Counted from the first letter of the stretch, positions 44,523 through 54,678 are shown. The stretch is 64,000 nucleotides of DNA from an uncultured Candidatus Saccharibacteria bacterium (GCA_964470995.1 CAYYEP010000004.1:2846-66845), one strand, 5' to 3'. Made by a program: numbers and translations. Notes: generated from the sequence alone by a model not told the origin.

Positions 44523-45593
44523 ATGGACGATAACAAAAAAATCAGGGTGACGTGCGCAATGTCGGGCGGCGTGGACAGTGCGGTCAGCGCGGCTTTGCTT
44601 AAAAAAGCCGGTTTTGGGGTAACCGGGGTGTTTATGAAGTTCTGGACTGAACCGGCCGCTACCGGGGTGTATTTGCCCGAAAACCGATGCTGTTCGGGCG
44701 AAGCTGAATTGCGGGCGCGCAAAACCGCATTCCAACTGCGGATTCCGTTTTATGTTTTGGATGTAAAAGACGAGTTTAAGAAAATGGTCGTTGACCGGTT
44801 TGTCGCGGATGCCAAAACCGGCCTGACCGCCAATCCCTGCGTTGTTTGCAACCAAGAAATCAAATTCGGGTTGTTAATTGACAAAGCCCTGCAAATGGGC
44901 GCGGATTATGTGGCCACCGGCCATTATGTCCGAATGAAAAAGGCCCGGAACGGGATTTATCATTTGTTGAAAGGAAAGGACAAAGAAAAAGACCAGTCGT
45001 ATTTTTTGTGGCGGTTAAACCAGGATCAGTTGGCGCGGGTGATATTCCCGGTGGGTTGTTTTGAAAAAAACGAAGTGCGAAAATTGGCCAAGAAATGGAA
45101 ATTGCCTTCCGCGGCCACGCCCGAATCGCAGGAAGTTTGTTTTGCACCGGCTGGCATGGATGTTTTTCTGGAAAAACATTGCGGCAAAAAACCGGGAAAT
45201 ATCATTGATGCGGAGGGGTGTATCATTGGACGGCATAATGGATTATGGTTCTATACCATAGGACAGCGCAAAGGGATTAAATTGTCCGGCGGGCCGTTCT
45301 ATGTTAGGGCCAGAGATATTGCAAAAAACGAGTTGATAGTTGCGCGAAGCGCAAAAGAGCTGGGGCGCGGACAGGCAATTTTGTCGGATATAAATTGGGT
45401 TGCGGGAATGATGCCGGATTTACCGCTGACAGCCCAAGTAAGAATCCGTTACCGGGCAAAGGAGGTTTTTTCGGTTTTGGGTAAAGACAGTTTATTAAGA
45501 TTTGATAAGCCGCAATTTGCGGTTACGCCGGGCCAGTCGGCGGTGTTTTATAAGAGGGGCGAAGTCATCGGGGGCGGTGTTATCCGGGGTTAA
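44523..45593 (+). CDS. mnmA: tRNA 2-thiouridine(34) synthase
   Basis: The PP-loop is CAMSGGVDSAV. The protein is colinear with MnmA (DQSYFLW, GQRKG). Confidence 0.85.
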   Translation: MDDNKKIRVTCAMSGGVDSAVSAALLKKAGFGVTGVFMKFWTEPAATGVYLPENRCCSGEAELRARKTAFQLRIPFYVLDVKDEFKKMVVDRFVADAKTGLTANPCVVCNQEIKFGLLIDKALQMGADYVATGHYVRMKKARNGIYHLLKGKDKEKDQSYFLWRLNQDQLARVIFPVGCFEKNEVRKLAKKWKLPSAATPESQEVCFAPAGMDVFLEKHCGKKPGNIIDAEGCIIGRHNGLWFYTIGQRKGIKLSGGPFYVRARDIAKNELIVARSAKELGRGQAILSDINWVAGMMPDLPLTAQVRIRYRAKEVFSVLGKDSLLRFDKPQFAVTPGQSAVFYKRGEVIGGGVIRG

Positions 45594-45687
45594 TAAAAAA
45601 GAGATTAAATTTGATAAAAAACGGTGATAATGTGTTTTTTTTGTGGGGGGCGGGAGAAATTGCTTGGTTTGAGGCAGGGGTTGATTT

Positions 45688-47367
45688 ATGTTATTGTTAA
45701 TGAATCTAGATAATCCAGAATCCATGAAGAAATCAGCTTCAAAAAGGAAAAGCGAAAAAAAGATCAACAAAGAAAGCAGGAACGCAAGATTTGCGCAAGA
45801 TACGGTGGCCAAGCCGCTGGTTAAGATCGCATCCGGTATTAGGCCGCGGATAGTCAATGCGGCGGCGTTGGAAGCCAAGTTTATTCCGGCGCCCAAGATC
45901 GTGCCCAAACCGGTAGTAAAGAAAGGAGTGTCCGAAATTCAGAAACCCAAAGCCGAGGAAGCCGAGTCGGAATTTGAATTAAAGAAGACTAGAATCAGGA
46001 TTATCGGAATCGGCGGAGGCGGCGGGAATATTGTTTCGGAAATCGCCGAAAAAGTAAAAAAATCTTCTTTTTGCATTGCCAATACCGATTTTGCGGCTTT
46101 GCGCAACGCTCCCAAGAATGTAACGGTTTTTCAATTCGGTGAAAATGTGACCCATGGTTTGGGTACCGGTATGGATGCGCGGATTGCCGAGGAGGCCGCG
46201 ACTGCCGAGAGAGAAGCGATCAAAAAGCTGGTGGAGGATCAGGATTTAGTAATTATTGTGGCGTCGCTGGGCGGCGGCGCGGGTTCGGGTGCGGCGCCGG
46301 TGTTTGCGCAAATATCGAAAAGCTTGGGGAATCTGACGTACGGTATTTTTACAATGCCTTTTGTTTTTGAAGGATCAAAAAAAAGCGATATTGCCAAGGC
46401 CGCGTTGGAGCGGTTGAAGCCATATTTGAATGCGCTTACGGTTTTACCGAATGAGCGCGTGTTTGAGGTGGTTCCCAAAACGACGCCATTTTCCAAAACT
46501 TTGTCTTATGTTAATTCGATGTTATCGGACAGCTTGGAGGGGTTAATTGAGACAATTTATGATACTGGACTGATAAATATTGATTTTGCCGATTTGCGAA
46601 CGATCTTGGCTGGCAACGGCAAGATAGCTTTTTTAAATACCGTGTCTTTCAAAAAGGGGGAAGAAACAGATTTAGAAGCGTTTGAAAAAGTTTTCGGGTC
46701 GCCGCTTTATCCATATACAATCGATAAAGCGCGGGGTATGTTATTGAATATCGTGGCGCAAAAGGATTTAAAACTTCTCGAGGTAAATAAAATACTGACT
46801 AGTGTTGCCGGGCGCATACACAAAGACGCGAGGATAATTTTTGGCATAGGACATGAAGGTGCTAAAGACGGTTCCGTGCGGGTGACGGTATTGGCAACGG
46901 GTTGTATATACGGGGATATCCAGGATAATGGCGCGGCCAAAGAGGTGATGCCGGTTCCAGTTCCCAATCCCAGGCCAAACAAAATTTTGGAGCCGCCAAA
47001 ACCGATAAACGCGGCAAAAAAATCAAAACCGGCGGGAAAGACAAAAAAAATCGTGGCCAAGGCGCTAAAGGTGCGGGTGGATAAAAAAAAGATCGAGGTA
47101 AAAAAAGAGATTCCGGCGAAAAAAGAGGTTCCCGCCAAGATTGAAAAAATAGTGCCTGCAGTTAAACCGAAGGTGGGGGCGCCGGTCGAGTTTTTTGGTG
47201 AGGCGGAGCCGGGTGCTTATCAGGATCAGCAAAGTATTGTTGAACAGTTTGCGCCGGTGAGGCGAAATGCGCTTCAGGTTAAGAAAGAGATCGAGATGGA
47301 AGAAAAGCAGATGATGGAGAAAGAGAAAGAGTGGGATGTTCCCGCTTTTCTCCGCAAGAAGAAATAA
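45688..47367 (+). CDS. ftsZ: Cell division GTPase FtsZ with N-terminal extension and long basic linker
   Basis: Motifs IGIGGGGGN, GLGTGMD and SLGGGAGSGAAPV. The linker is K-rich and the C-terminal peptide is WDVPAFLRKK. Confidence 0.85.
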   Translation: MLLLMNLDNPESMKKSASKRKSEKKINKESRNARFAQDTVAKPLVKIASGIRPRIVNAAALEAKFIPAPKIVPKPVVKKGVSEIQKPKAEEAESEFELKKTRIRIIGIGGGGGNIVSEIAEKVKKSSFCIANTDFAALRNAPKNVTVFQFGENVTHGLGTGMDARIAEEAATAEREAIKKLVEDQDLVIIVASLGGGAGSGAAPVFAQISKSLGNLTYGIFTMPFVFEGSKKSDIAKAALERLKPYLNALTVLPNERVFEVVPKTTPFSKTLSYVNSMLSDSLEGLIETIYDTGLINIDFADLRTILAGNGKIAFLNTVSFKKGEETDLEAFEKVFGSPLYPYTIDKARGMLLNIVAQKDLKLLEVNKILTSVAGRIHKDARIIFGIGHEGAKDGSVRVTVLATGCIYGDIQDNGAAKEVMPVPVPNPRPNKILEPPKPINAAKKSKPAGKTKKIVAKALKVRVDKKKIEVKKEIPAKKEVPAKIEKIVPAVKPKVGAPVEFFGEAEPGAYQDQQSIVEQFAPVRRNALQVKKEIEMEEKQMMEKEKEWDVPAFLRKKK

Positions 47368-47531
47368 AATTTTGTTGTTCGGCCATATAAAAAATGCAGA
47401 TTGGCCGAACCCTTCAGTTTCGGTTTTGTTTTGTATCTACGGCAACCACGGAAATTTCAGCAAAGCATTTTTGAGATGCTTTTCGGGATTCGTGGTTGTG
47501 GGAAGTGAGCAGTACTACTAAACAAAAAAAT

Positions 47532-48416
47532 ATGGCGACGGTAACCATATCCAAGGAGATATTGGATAAAATATACGTTAAGCGTCCGGAAGACAGCAAA
47601 AAATACGATTTTGGCTACGTTTTGATTATCGGGGGTTCGGAATATTATTCGGGTGCGCCGGCAATGGCGGCAATGGCGGCGTTTAACGCGGGAGCGGATA
47701 TGGTGCGTATCGTGGCGCCGCGGCGCGCCAGCGATATTATTGCTTCGTTTTCGCCAGTGATGGCAACGACTTCTCTGGATGGCCCAAGGCTGTGTTTGGA
47801 TAACGTAAGCGTGTTACTGGAAGCGATGGAATCGATAAAATTGTTTTCGGAGGGAAAATGCGCCGCAGTAATTGGCGGCGGCATCGGGCGGTCGCCGGAG
47901 ACAATGGAGGCAGTGCGCGAATTCATTAAAGGAATTGATGGAATACCGGTGGTGGTTGACGCGGATGCCATCCGATCGCTGGCGGATAAAATTGAATTAG
48001 CCAGAGGTAAGAATTTGGTTTTTACGCCGCATGCGCGAGAATTTAATACGATGACAGGAAATAAATGCGATGGATTATCCGATGAGCAATTGGCCGAAAT
48101 TGTGCGAAACCAGGCGGCAAATTTGGGCGCGGGGATTATTTTGAAGGGTAAGACCGATTTTATTTCTAATGGTGTTGACGTGGCTTACAATATTACCGGA
48201 AATGCGTTAATGACCAAGGGCGGGACGGGTGATACGCTGGCGGGATTATTGGGCGCGATGTTGGCGCGCGGCGTTAATATGTTTGATGCCGCGTGCGCGG
48301 CGGCGTATATTAACGGTGCGGCGGGCGATTTGGCGGGAGTGCGGCGCGGCGAAGCGGTGACGGCAATGGACTTGATCGATGAGATTCCCAATGTTTTGCC
48401 TAAATATCAATATTAA
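47532..48416 (+). CDS. ADP-dependent NAD(P)H-hydrate dehydratase (YjeF C-terminal type)
   Basis: Motifs YSGAPAMAA and KGGTGDTLAGLLGA. ATG at 47532 is preferred over the upstream alternative start. Confidence 0.8.
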   Translation: MATVTISKEILDKIYVKRPEDSKKYDFGYVLIIGGSEYYSGAPAMAAMAAFNAGADMVRIVAPRRASDIIASFSPVMATTSLDGPRLCLDNVSVLLEAMESIKLFSEGKCAAVIGGGIGRSPETMEAVREFIKGIDGIPVVVDADAIRSLADKIELARGKNLVFTPHAREFNTMTGNKCDGLSDEQLAEIVRNQAANLGAGIILKGKTDFISNGVDVAYNITGNALMTKGGTGDTLAGLLGAMLARGVNMFDAACAAAYINGAAGDLAGVRRGEAVTAMDLIDEIPNVLPKYQY

Positions 48417-48540
48417 ACAACAAAATGCCAAATTTCAAATTACAAACAAATATAAATTAGGATAAAAAATGTAAATGGGAACATTTTACATTTGATTATC
48501 GGTAATCGTTTGTGATTTATGAGTTGGGATTCAGCAATTT

Positions 48541-49464
48541 ATGCATGACCTTATTATAATTGGTGGCGGACCGGCTGGGATGAGCGCGGCGATTTACGCG
48601 GCGCGCCAGAAACTTGATTTTATGTTGCTAACCAAGGAATTTGGCGGCCAAATGGCGAAAAAGGAGGTGGCGATTGAAAATTATCCCGGCTTAGGCAGTA
48701 TTTCGGCGTTGGATTTGATCGCTAAGTTTCGGGATCATCTTAAATTATTGAATGTTGAAGTTGTTTTTGGCGAGGCGGTGAGGTTGGCAAAGATGGCGGG
48801 CGGATTTTCGATTAAGACCGAAAAAGAATTTTTTGAGAGCCGGGCGGTGATTTTGGCAACCGGAGCGTCGCCGAGAATGTTGAATATTCCCGGAGAAAAG
48901 GAATTTATCGGTCGGGGAGTCGGTTATTGCGCCACTTGCGACGGTCCGTTATTTGCACGGAGGCGCACGGCGGTAATCGGGGGGGGAAATTCGGCGTTTG
49001 AGGCGGCAATTTTTTTGGCAAAATTCGCGGCAGAGGTTTTTTTGATCGAACGCGGGCCGAAGATTTTTGCCGATCATACCAACCAGGAGTTGGCACAGGC
49101 GACCGGAAAGGTAAAAATCATTACCAATGCGAAGATCGCGCGGATTGAGGGAGCAAATTTTGTGAGCGGGCTGGTTTACACCGATGCGGAAAATAACGAA
49201 GCGAAATTGCCGGTAGAAGGGATATTTATCAAGGCCGGGTCGGAACCGGCATCGGTGTTTGCGGGAGAATTGGCCGAATTAAACGAGCGGGGCGAGATAA
49301 AATTCGATTATGCGACTCAGACGACCAAGACTCCGGGATTATTTGCGGCGGGCGATGTGTCGGCTATTAAATTCAAGCAAATCGTGGTTGCGGCGGGCGA
49401 AGGCGCCAAGGCGGCGATGGCGGCAAATGACTATTTGATCAATCTCGGCCAAAAAAATAATTAA
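48541..49464 (+). CDS. trxB: Thioredoxin-disulfide reductase
   Basis: Motifs IIIGGGPAGMSAA, the redox-active CATCDG, and GGGNSAFEAA. Confidence 0.9.
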   Translation: MHDLIIIGGGPAGMSAAIYAARQKLDFMLLTKEFGGQMAKKEVAIENYPGLGSISALDLIAKFRDHLKLLNVEVVFGEAVRLAKMAGGFSIKTEKEFFESRAVILATGASPRMLNIPGEKEFIGRGVGYCATCDGPLFARRRTAVIGGGNSAFEAAIFLAKFAAEVFLIERGPKIFADHTNQELAQATGKVKIITNAKIARIEGANFVSGLVYTDAENNEAKLPVEGIFIKAGSEPASVFAGELAELNERGEIKFDYATQTTKTPGLFAAGDVSAIKFKQIVVAAGEGAKAAMAANDYLINLGQKNN

Positions 49465-49498
49465 CAAACCGGCGTATAAAAAATCGGCGGTCATCCAA

Positions 49499-50734
49499 AT
49501 GTTTTCGGGGTCAAAGACAAAAATCAAATCCGTGCGCGCGCGCGAGATTCTTGATTCGCGCGGGAATCCAACCGTTGAGACAGAGATTGTTACCGGCGGC
49601 GGGAGGTTTGTTTCGGCAGTAGCTTCGGGGGCGTCGACGGGCGCGCATGAGGCTTGTGAGTTGCGCGACGGCGATCCAAAACGTTACGGCGGCAAAGGTG
49701 TTTTGAGGGCGGCTGGCAACGTTAATAATATGATCGCGCCAAAAATTGTCGGATTGGACGCGCGTGAACAGCAAAAGATCGATGCGTTGATGATCGGTTT
49801 GGACGGTACCGAAAATAAATCCAAATTAGGCGCTAACGCGATCTGCAGCGTTTCAATGGCGGCAGCCAAGGCCGGGGCGGGAGAGAGAGATGTTTGGCGG
49901 CACATAGCTGAACTGGCACAAAACGAAAAACCGGCATTATCTAACCCGTGTTTTAACATCATTAATGGCGGCGCGCACGCGGGCAACCAGCTGGATGTGC
50001 AGGAATTTATGATTGTGCCGCAGGGGCAGAAATTTTCCGCCAATTTACGCGTGGCGGTGGAAGTTTACCATTGCCTGAAGGAAATCCTGGAAAGGGCGTA
50101 CGGCAAGTCGGCGACCAATTTGGGAGATGAGGGCGGATTCGCGCCAGACCTAAAAACTCCCGAGGAGGCATTGGCGCTGATAATGCAGGCGGCGGAGGCG
50201 GCGCAAGCCAAAGAGAACATCAAGATAATCATGGATGTGGCTTCGACACAATTTTTTGAGGGCGGCAAATATAAAATGCATATCGGGGAATTTGCGGCGG
50301 CACAGTTGGGGGAATTATATAAAAAGCTGGCCAACGACTTCCCTATTATCGGTTTTGAGGATCCGTTTGGCGAGGATGACTGGGCGGCCTGGGCGGCGTT
50401 TAAACCGATGAACGCGATAGTTATCGGTGATGATTTGTTGGTAACCAATCCAAAACGCATTAAGGAAGCCAACGAGAAAAATGCCTGTAATGCCATGATC
50501 CTGAAGCTTAACCAGATCGGGACAGTTTCCGAAGGGCTTGAGGCGGCCAGATTGGCCGACCTTAACGGCTGGAAAGTCATTGTATCGCATCGTTCCGGGG
50601 AAACTAACGATGATTTTATCGCTGATTTTGCCGTGGGTATTGGTGCGGATTTCATCAAATCCGGGGCGCCGGCGCGCGGTGAACGCTTAGCTAAATACAA
50701 TCGCTTAAGCAAGATCGAGGAAGAATTGCATTGA
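49499..50734 (+). CDS. eno: Enolase
   Basis: Motifs REILDSRGNPTVE, ILKLNQIGT and SHRSGETND. Confidence 0.95.
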   Translation: MFSGSKTKIKSVRAREILDSRGNPTVETEIVTGGGRFVSAVASGASTGAHEACELRDGDPKRYGGKGVLRAAGNVNNMIAPKIVGLDAREQQKIDALMIGLDGTENKSKLGANAICSVSMAAAKAGAGERDVWRHIAELAQNEKPALSNPCFNIINGGAHAGNQLDVQEFMIVPQGQKFSANLRVAVEVYHCLKEILERAYGKSATNLGDEGGFAPDLKTPEEALALIMQAAEAAQAKENIKIIMDVASTQFFEGGKYKMHIGEFAAAQLGELYKKLANDFPIIGFEDPFGEDDWAAWAAFKPMNAIVIGDDLLVTNPKRIKEANEKNACNAMILKLNQIGTVSEGLEAARLADLNGWKVIVSHRSGETNDDFIADFAVGIGADFIKSGAPARGERLAKYNRLSKIEEELH

Positions 50735-50758
50735 TTTATGAATCGCGATTTATGATTT

Positions 50759-51520
50759 ATGAATGAATCAAAAAAATTCAAAATTGTTTTATTGCGTCAT
50801 GGGGAGAGTGCTTGGAACCGCGAGAACCGGTTTACCGGGTGGACGGATGTGGAGCTGTCGGATTTGGGCGTAAGCGAAGCTAAAGATGCCGGGCAAATCC
50901 TTAAAAAAGAGGGCTGGGTTTTTGATTTGGTTTTTACTTCGGTATTGAAACGGGCGGTTTTGACTACGGATATTGTTTTGGAACAGATGGATCGGGCCGA
51001 TATTAAAATAAAATGCGCATGGCAGTTGAATGAGAGGCATTACGGCGCTTTGCAAGGATTGGATAAAGCGGAAATGGCAAAAAAATACGGCGAAGAACAG
51101 GTGTTGTCCTGGCGTCGGAGCTATGCGGTGCGGCCGCCCGAATTGAGCGACGCGCAGTATGTTGAGCAAAACCGGCAAACGATATTTAAAACCGTGCCGG
51201 CAGATAAAATGCCGCGGACCGAATCGCTGGCCGATACTTATGAACGCGCGGTGGGTTATTGGAATTCCGATATTGCGCCAGCGATCAGGGACGGCAAAAA
51301 GATACTGATCTCGGCGCACGGCAACAGCTTGCGCGCGATTATTAAGTTTTTGGATGGAATTTCGGACGAAAAAATTTCGGAATTGAATATACCGACGGGG
51401 GTGCCTCTGGTTTACGAGCTGGATGAGAGGCTAGAGCCAATAAATCATTATTATTTGGGCGACCAAAGCGAGATCGAAGTTAAGATCGATAAGGTAAAAA
51501 ATCAGGCAAAGCCGATATGA
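50759..51520 (+). CDS. gpmA: 2,3-bisphosphoglycerate-dependent phosphoglycerate mutase
   Basis: Motifs LLRHGESAWNRENRFTGW, ERHYG and SAHGNSLR. Confidence 0.9.
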   Translation: MNESKKFKIVLLRHGESAWNRENRFTGWTDVELSDLGVSEAKDAGQILKKEGWVFDLVFTSVLKRAVLTTDIVLEQMDRADIKIKCAWQLNERHYGALQGLDKAEMAKKYGEEQVLSWRRSYAVRPPELSDAQYVEQNRQTIFKTVPADKMPRTESLADTYERAVGYWNSDIAPAIRDGKKILISAHGNSLRAIIKFLDGISDEKISELNIPTGVPLVYELDERLEPINHYYLGDQSEIEVKIDKVKNQAKPI

Positions 51521-51626
51521 ACGATTTTTTTAGGCATTATTTTTGTGATTATTGCGGTGTGTTTTTTTGTTTATAATTATGAATATATATGCATTTGTTT
51601 TTGGCTGATTGAGAATTAGTTTTGGA

Positions 51627-51654
51627 TTGACAGGCGGATTGTATGTTCTATAAT
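51627..51654 (+). promoter_or_regulatory. Consensus sigma-70-type promoter
   Basis: TTGACA (51627-51632), a 16-nt spacer, then TATAAT (51649-51654), about 280 nt upstream of the ferredoxin ATG. Confidence 0.5.
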
Positions 51655-51934
51655 TAAAACAATTTTAAAAATCCATGTTCGTGGCGAAAAACCGTATTTG
51701 TGCTTCGCAATGGCGGTCAGAATCGGTTTTGAAGAAATGGATGTGTGTTTTGTTAAATTGGATAAAGCGGGCGTTGATATCGAGGCGTTTGGGCAAGGGT
51801 GGGAACAGATTGAAATGAGCGGTAAATAGTTGTTTATCAGTTGGAGTTGGACGCGGGTTTGAATCGGGTTGAGGTTTTGGAGAATTAAGTAAAATCATTA
51901 CTTAAAAGAAATTAAATTAATTAAATAAAAAAAT

Positions 51935-52117
51935 ATGGCTAAATACCAGGTCAACAAAGATAAATGCTTGGGATGTTTTATTTGCACTGTTAATTGTCCC
52001 AGCGGTATGCAGCAGGATGGCGACGGCAAGGCTAAGGTGGCGGATTCCGACGCGGTGGAGGCGTGCGGCGGTGAGAGCGTGTGCCCGCACGGCGTGATCG
52101 AAAAAACCGAAGAATAG
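51935..52117 (+). CDS. Small 4Fe-4S ferredoxin
   Basis: 60 aa. CLGCFICTVNCP plus a distal CP. Confidence 0.8.
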   Translation: MAKYQVNKDKCLGCFICTVNCPSGMQQDGDGKAKVADSDAVEACGGESVCPHGVIEKTEE

Positions 52118-52126
52118 TTTTTGGAG

Positions 52127-52150
52127 AAAACGCCCGTCCGGGCGTTTTTG
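52127..52150 (+). terminator. Rho-independent terminator
   Basis: Stem acgcccg/cgggcgt, loop tc, then tttt. Confidence 0.7.
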
Positions 52151-52407
52151 AGTTTGACTTAGTCCGTAATTTAAAATATTCTAAATTATCAGATGCACAG
52201 AGGCGTGCAATGATTGATTTTCTTGAATTACGAATCCTTAAACTTAAATGCCATTGGAGCGGCCTAATTGTCCGCGTTTCTCTCGGGTTATTTTGGGATT
52301 AACCTAGGATAAGGGCGAAGGATAGGCTTCCAAAAAACAAAGCGTTTCGCAATTCAAAGCAATCAATAACGATGATGTTACCCGTGAGCGGGTTTTTTAG
52401 TTTGCGT

Positions 52408-52435
52408 TTGACAACCATTGCGGGTTAGCTATAAT
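52408..52435 (+). promoter_or_regulatory. Consensus sigma-70-type promoter
   Basis: TTGACA (52408-52413), a 16-nt spacer, then TATAAT (52430-52435), upstream of the GltB-like gene. Confidence 0.5.
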
Positions 52436-52497
52436 TCTATTGTTTTGGGTCCTAATTATGAATATATAGTCATTATAATAATTAAAAATTAATAATT

Positions 52498-53688
52498 ATG
52501 GTTAATTGGACGAAAAAAGTGCAGGATCGAATTGTCAAGGTGCCGGTGCGGGGCGGGCGGTCGGTAAAAGAAATTAAAAACAGTCTGGAGGATTTGGTAT
52601 TTTTGCCGGCGCAAATTGCTAAGCGCCCGGTAGACTATTTCCGGGAGCCGATATCGGCAAAAACTGTTTTGGGTAAGAATTCAAAAAAACCGGTTGAAAT
52701 CGAAACGCCAATACTGATTGCGGCGATGTCGTTTGGGGCATTGTCAAAGAACGCCAAGGTGGCGCTGGCAAAAGGTTCGGCATTGGCCGGTACGGTGGCG
52801 AATACCGGCGAAGGCGGAATGCTGGCGGAGGAACGGCAATATGCCAAAAGGCTGGCAATTCAGTATAGTACGGGGAGATTTGGCATTGATGAAGAAATTT
52901 TAAAGAAGGCCGATATTGTCGAGATAAAGATCGGCCAGGGGGCTAAGGGCGGCCAAGGCGGATTATTACAGAAAGAAAAAGTGACGTCCGAAATCGCGGC
53001 GGTGCGCCGGGTCAAGCTTGGAGTCGATGTGCACTCGCCTGCTTACCATCCGGATATCAAATCAGCCAGGGATTTGAAGTCTAAAGTTGATTGGTTGCGA
53101 AAATTAACCGGAGGCGTACCGATTATTATTAAGCTGGCGGCGGGCGATGTGGCAAATGACGTTAAGCTGGCGATCGCGGCCGATCCGGATATAATTGCCA
53201 TTGACGGTGGTTGGGGCGGTACGGGCGCGGCGCCCGAAGTGATGCTGGACGAAATGGGAATACCTGTTTTACCGGCATTGATTGCGGCGCGACGGGTTTT
53301 GAATGAGGCCGGCGCAAAACAGGAATTGCTGATCGCGGGCGGTTTTTATACCGGTGGCGACGTGGCTAAAGCGTTGGCGCTTGGAGCGGACGCGGTTTTT
53401 ATGGGTTCGGCGATGCTTGGGGCTTTGGGATGCGTGGGCTGTAATTTATGCTATTTGGGGAAATGCCCGAAGGGCGTGGCGACACAGGACCCGGAGTTGG
53501 CTAAAAATATGGATGTGGAGGCGGCCGCCAATAATGTGGCCAACTACATTAAACATTGTACCGAGGAGGTGAAAATGGTGGCGGGAGCAACGGGAAATGA
53601 TAATATTCATAGTTTGGGCAGCGATGATCTTCGCGCGGTAACGCTGGAAATGGCCAAGACAGCCAGAGTGAAATTTGCCGGGGAATAG
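52498..53688 (+). CDS. FMN-binding glutamate-synthase-related protein (GltB domain 2 family)
   Basis: 396 aa. Motifs MSFGALS, IEIKIGQGAKGGQGG and IAIDGGWGGTGAAP, plus a C-terminal Cys cluster CVGCNLCYLGKCP. Confidence 0.8.
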   Translation: MVNWTKKVQDRIVKVPVRGGRSVKEIKNSLEDLVFLPAQIAKRPVDYFREPISAKTVLGKNSKKPVEIETPILIAAMSFGALSKNAKVALAKGSALAGTVANTGEGGMLAEERQYAKRLAIQYSTGRFGIDEEILKKADIVEIKIGQGAKGGQGGLLQKEKVTSEIAAVRRVKLGVDVHSPAYHPDIKSARDLKSKVDWLRKLTGGVPIIIKLAAGDVANDVKLAIAADPDIIAIDGGWGGTGAAPEVMLDEMGIPVLPALIAARRVLNEAGAKQELLIAGGFYTGGDVAKALALGADAVFMGSAMLGALGCVGCNLCYLGKCPKGVATQDPELAKNMDVEAAANNVANYIKHCTEEVKMVAGATGNDNIHSLGSDDLRAVTLEMAKTARVKFAGE

Positions 53689-53781
53689 CGATTAATTTTT
53701 GAGGGATTCTTAATTTGCTGAGGTAATCTCCACAAAAGGCAAGAAAGGTCGCGCATAATCAATAGTTGCGCGATCCAAGTA

Positions 53782-53819
53782 ATTACTTGTGTCATTACAT
53801 ATGTAATGACACAAGTAAT
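53782..53819. repeat. 38-bp perfect palindrome with no spacer
   Basis: attacttgtgtcattacat|atgtaatgacacaagtaat. A second hairpin, tcgcgca/tgcgcga, lies at 53749-53773. Confidence 0.95.
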
Positions 53820-53950
53820 CTTTAATGGAAGAGGGGTTTGCAAGCAATGGCACGGTTAATGTGCGGGTACGGGCGCAAAAAAACGGCTTAGTTTTTAACC
53901 TGGGTTATTTTGCGATATTATGGTAATAACTAACAAGGAATGGATTTGAG

Positions 53951-54196
53951 GTGACGGTATTGTCGGCAAAGAAAATAGTTCTTTTGGTCTTTGTTTTGTT
54001 ATTAACCGCGGGTTGTTTGCAAAAAAATGACGGTGATGCAGCGGGCGGCATTGATGGCGTTGTTGATGACCGCCGCGACGATGATGGTAATGGTTCGAAA
54101 TTAGGAGTTTCGCCGATTCTGGAGGCCAGGCTGTATGGCCGGAGCGGCAAGCAGTGGGATCCGGGAGGCGCGGCGGATTGTCCGGCGTATATTTAG
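53951..54196 (+). CDS. Small putative lipoprotein
   Basis: 81 aa with a GTG start. The signal peptide carries a lipobox: LLVFVLLLTAGC. Confidence 0.45.
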   Translation: MTVLSAKKIVLLVFVLLLTAGCLQKNDGDAAGGIDGVVDDRRDDDGNGSKLGVSPILEARLYGRSGKQWDPGGAADCPAYI

Positions 54197-54264
54197 AACC
54201 GGGCGGGCCGGAAATTGATTCCGGTTTTTTTGTAGCGCGGCATTTTTTTTGATAAAATAAATCA

Positions 54265-54657
54265 ATGCGCGAGTCTGATTTGGAATATGCCCGGGAGAAG
54301 ATACTTTCGGGCAAACTGCCATTGGTGATAACGCCGTTGGTAATTAAAAAATACCGCCGCAAGCGGGTATTTTGGTTGATCTTGGGGGTTTTTCTTTTGG
54401 TGTTGTCGGGGTTGAACGCGAATGGTTATCTTTTGCCGGCGTTTTGGGGTGCGATATTGTTTTTTTTACCGGGACTGGGGTTGTTGATTGGTTTGCGCGC
54501 CGCCATTGTGAAGTCGGCGGCCGCCGATATGGCAGTAATCGCTTTTAGTATTATTTTTTATGGTTTCGCAGCCGCTTACGGGATGCTGGCAGTGCATTCG
54601 CCGGCGGCAGATTATTTGCCGTCGGTTTTGGTGAGGGCGGCCGAAGTCCTACCTTAA
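54265..54657 (+). CDS. Small membrane protein
   Basis: 130 aa with about 3 TM helices. No recognised motif. Confidence 0.5.
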   Translation: MRESDLEYAREKILSGKLPLVITPLVIKKYRRKRVFWLILGVFLLVLSGLNANGYLLPAFWGAILFFLPGLGLLIGLRAAIVKSAAADMAVIAFSIIFYGFAAAYGMLAVHSPAADYLPSVLVRAAEVLP

Positions 54658-54678
54658 CGATGATGCTTTTGAAACACT

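Noticed and set aside
50065-50781. A 238-aa minus-strand ORF, together with the 176-aa ORF at 50789-51319.
   Set aside because: They are antisense to eno and gpmA, both confidently identified. They are shadow ORFs.
51665-51898. A 77-aa minus-strand ORF.
   Set aside because: Its translation is proline-rich and low-complexity. A consensus promoter points the other way through this region (see the finding at 51627-51934).
53607-53843. A 78-aa minus-strand ORF.
   Set aside because: It runs through the 38-bp palindrome (hence the mirrored CVITYVMTQVIT) and overlaps the 3' end of the GltB-like gene. It is an artefact of the repeat.
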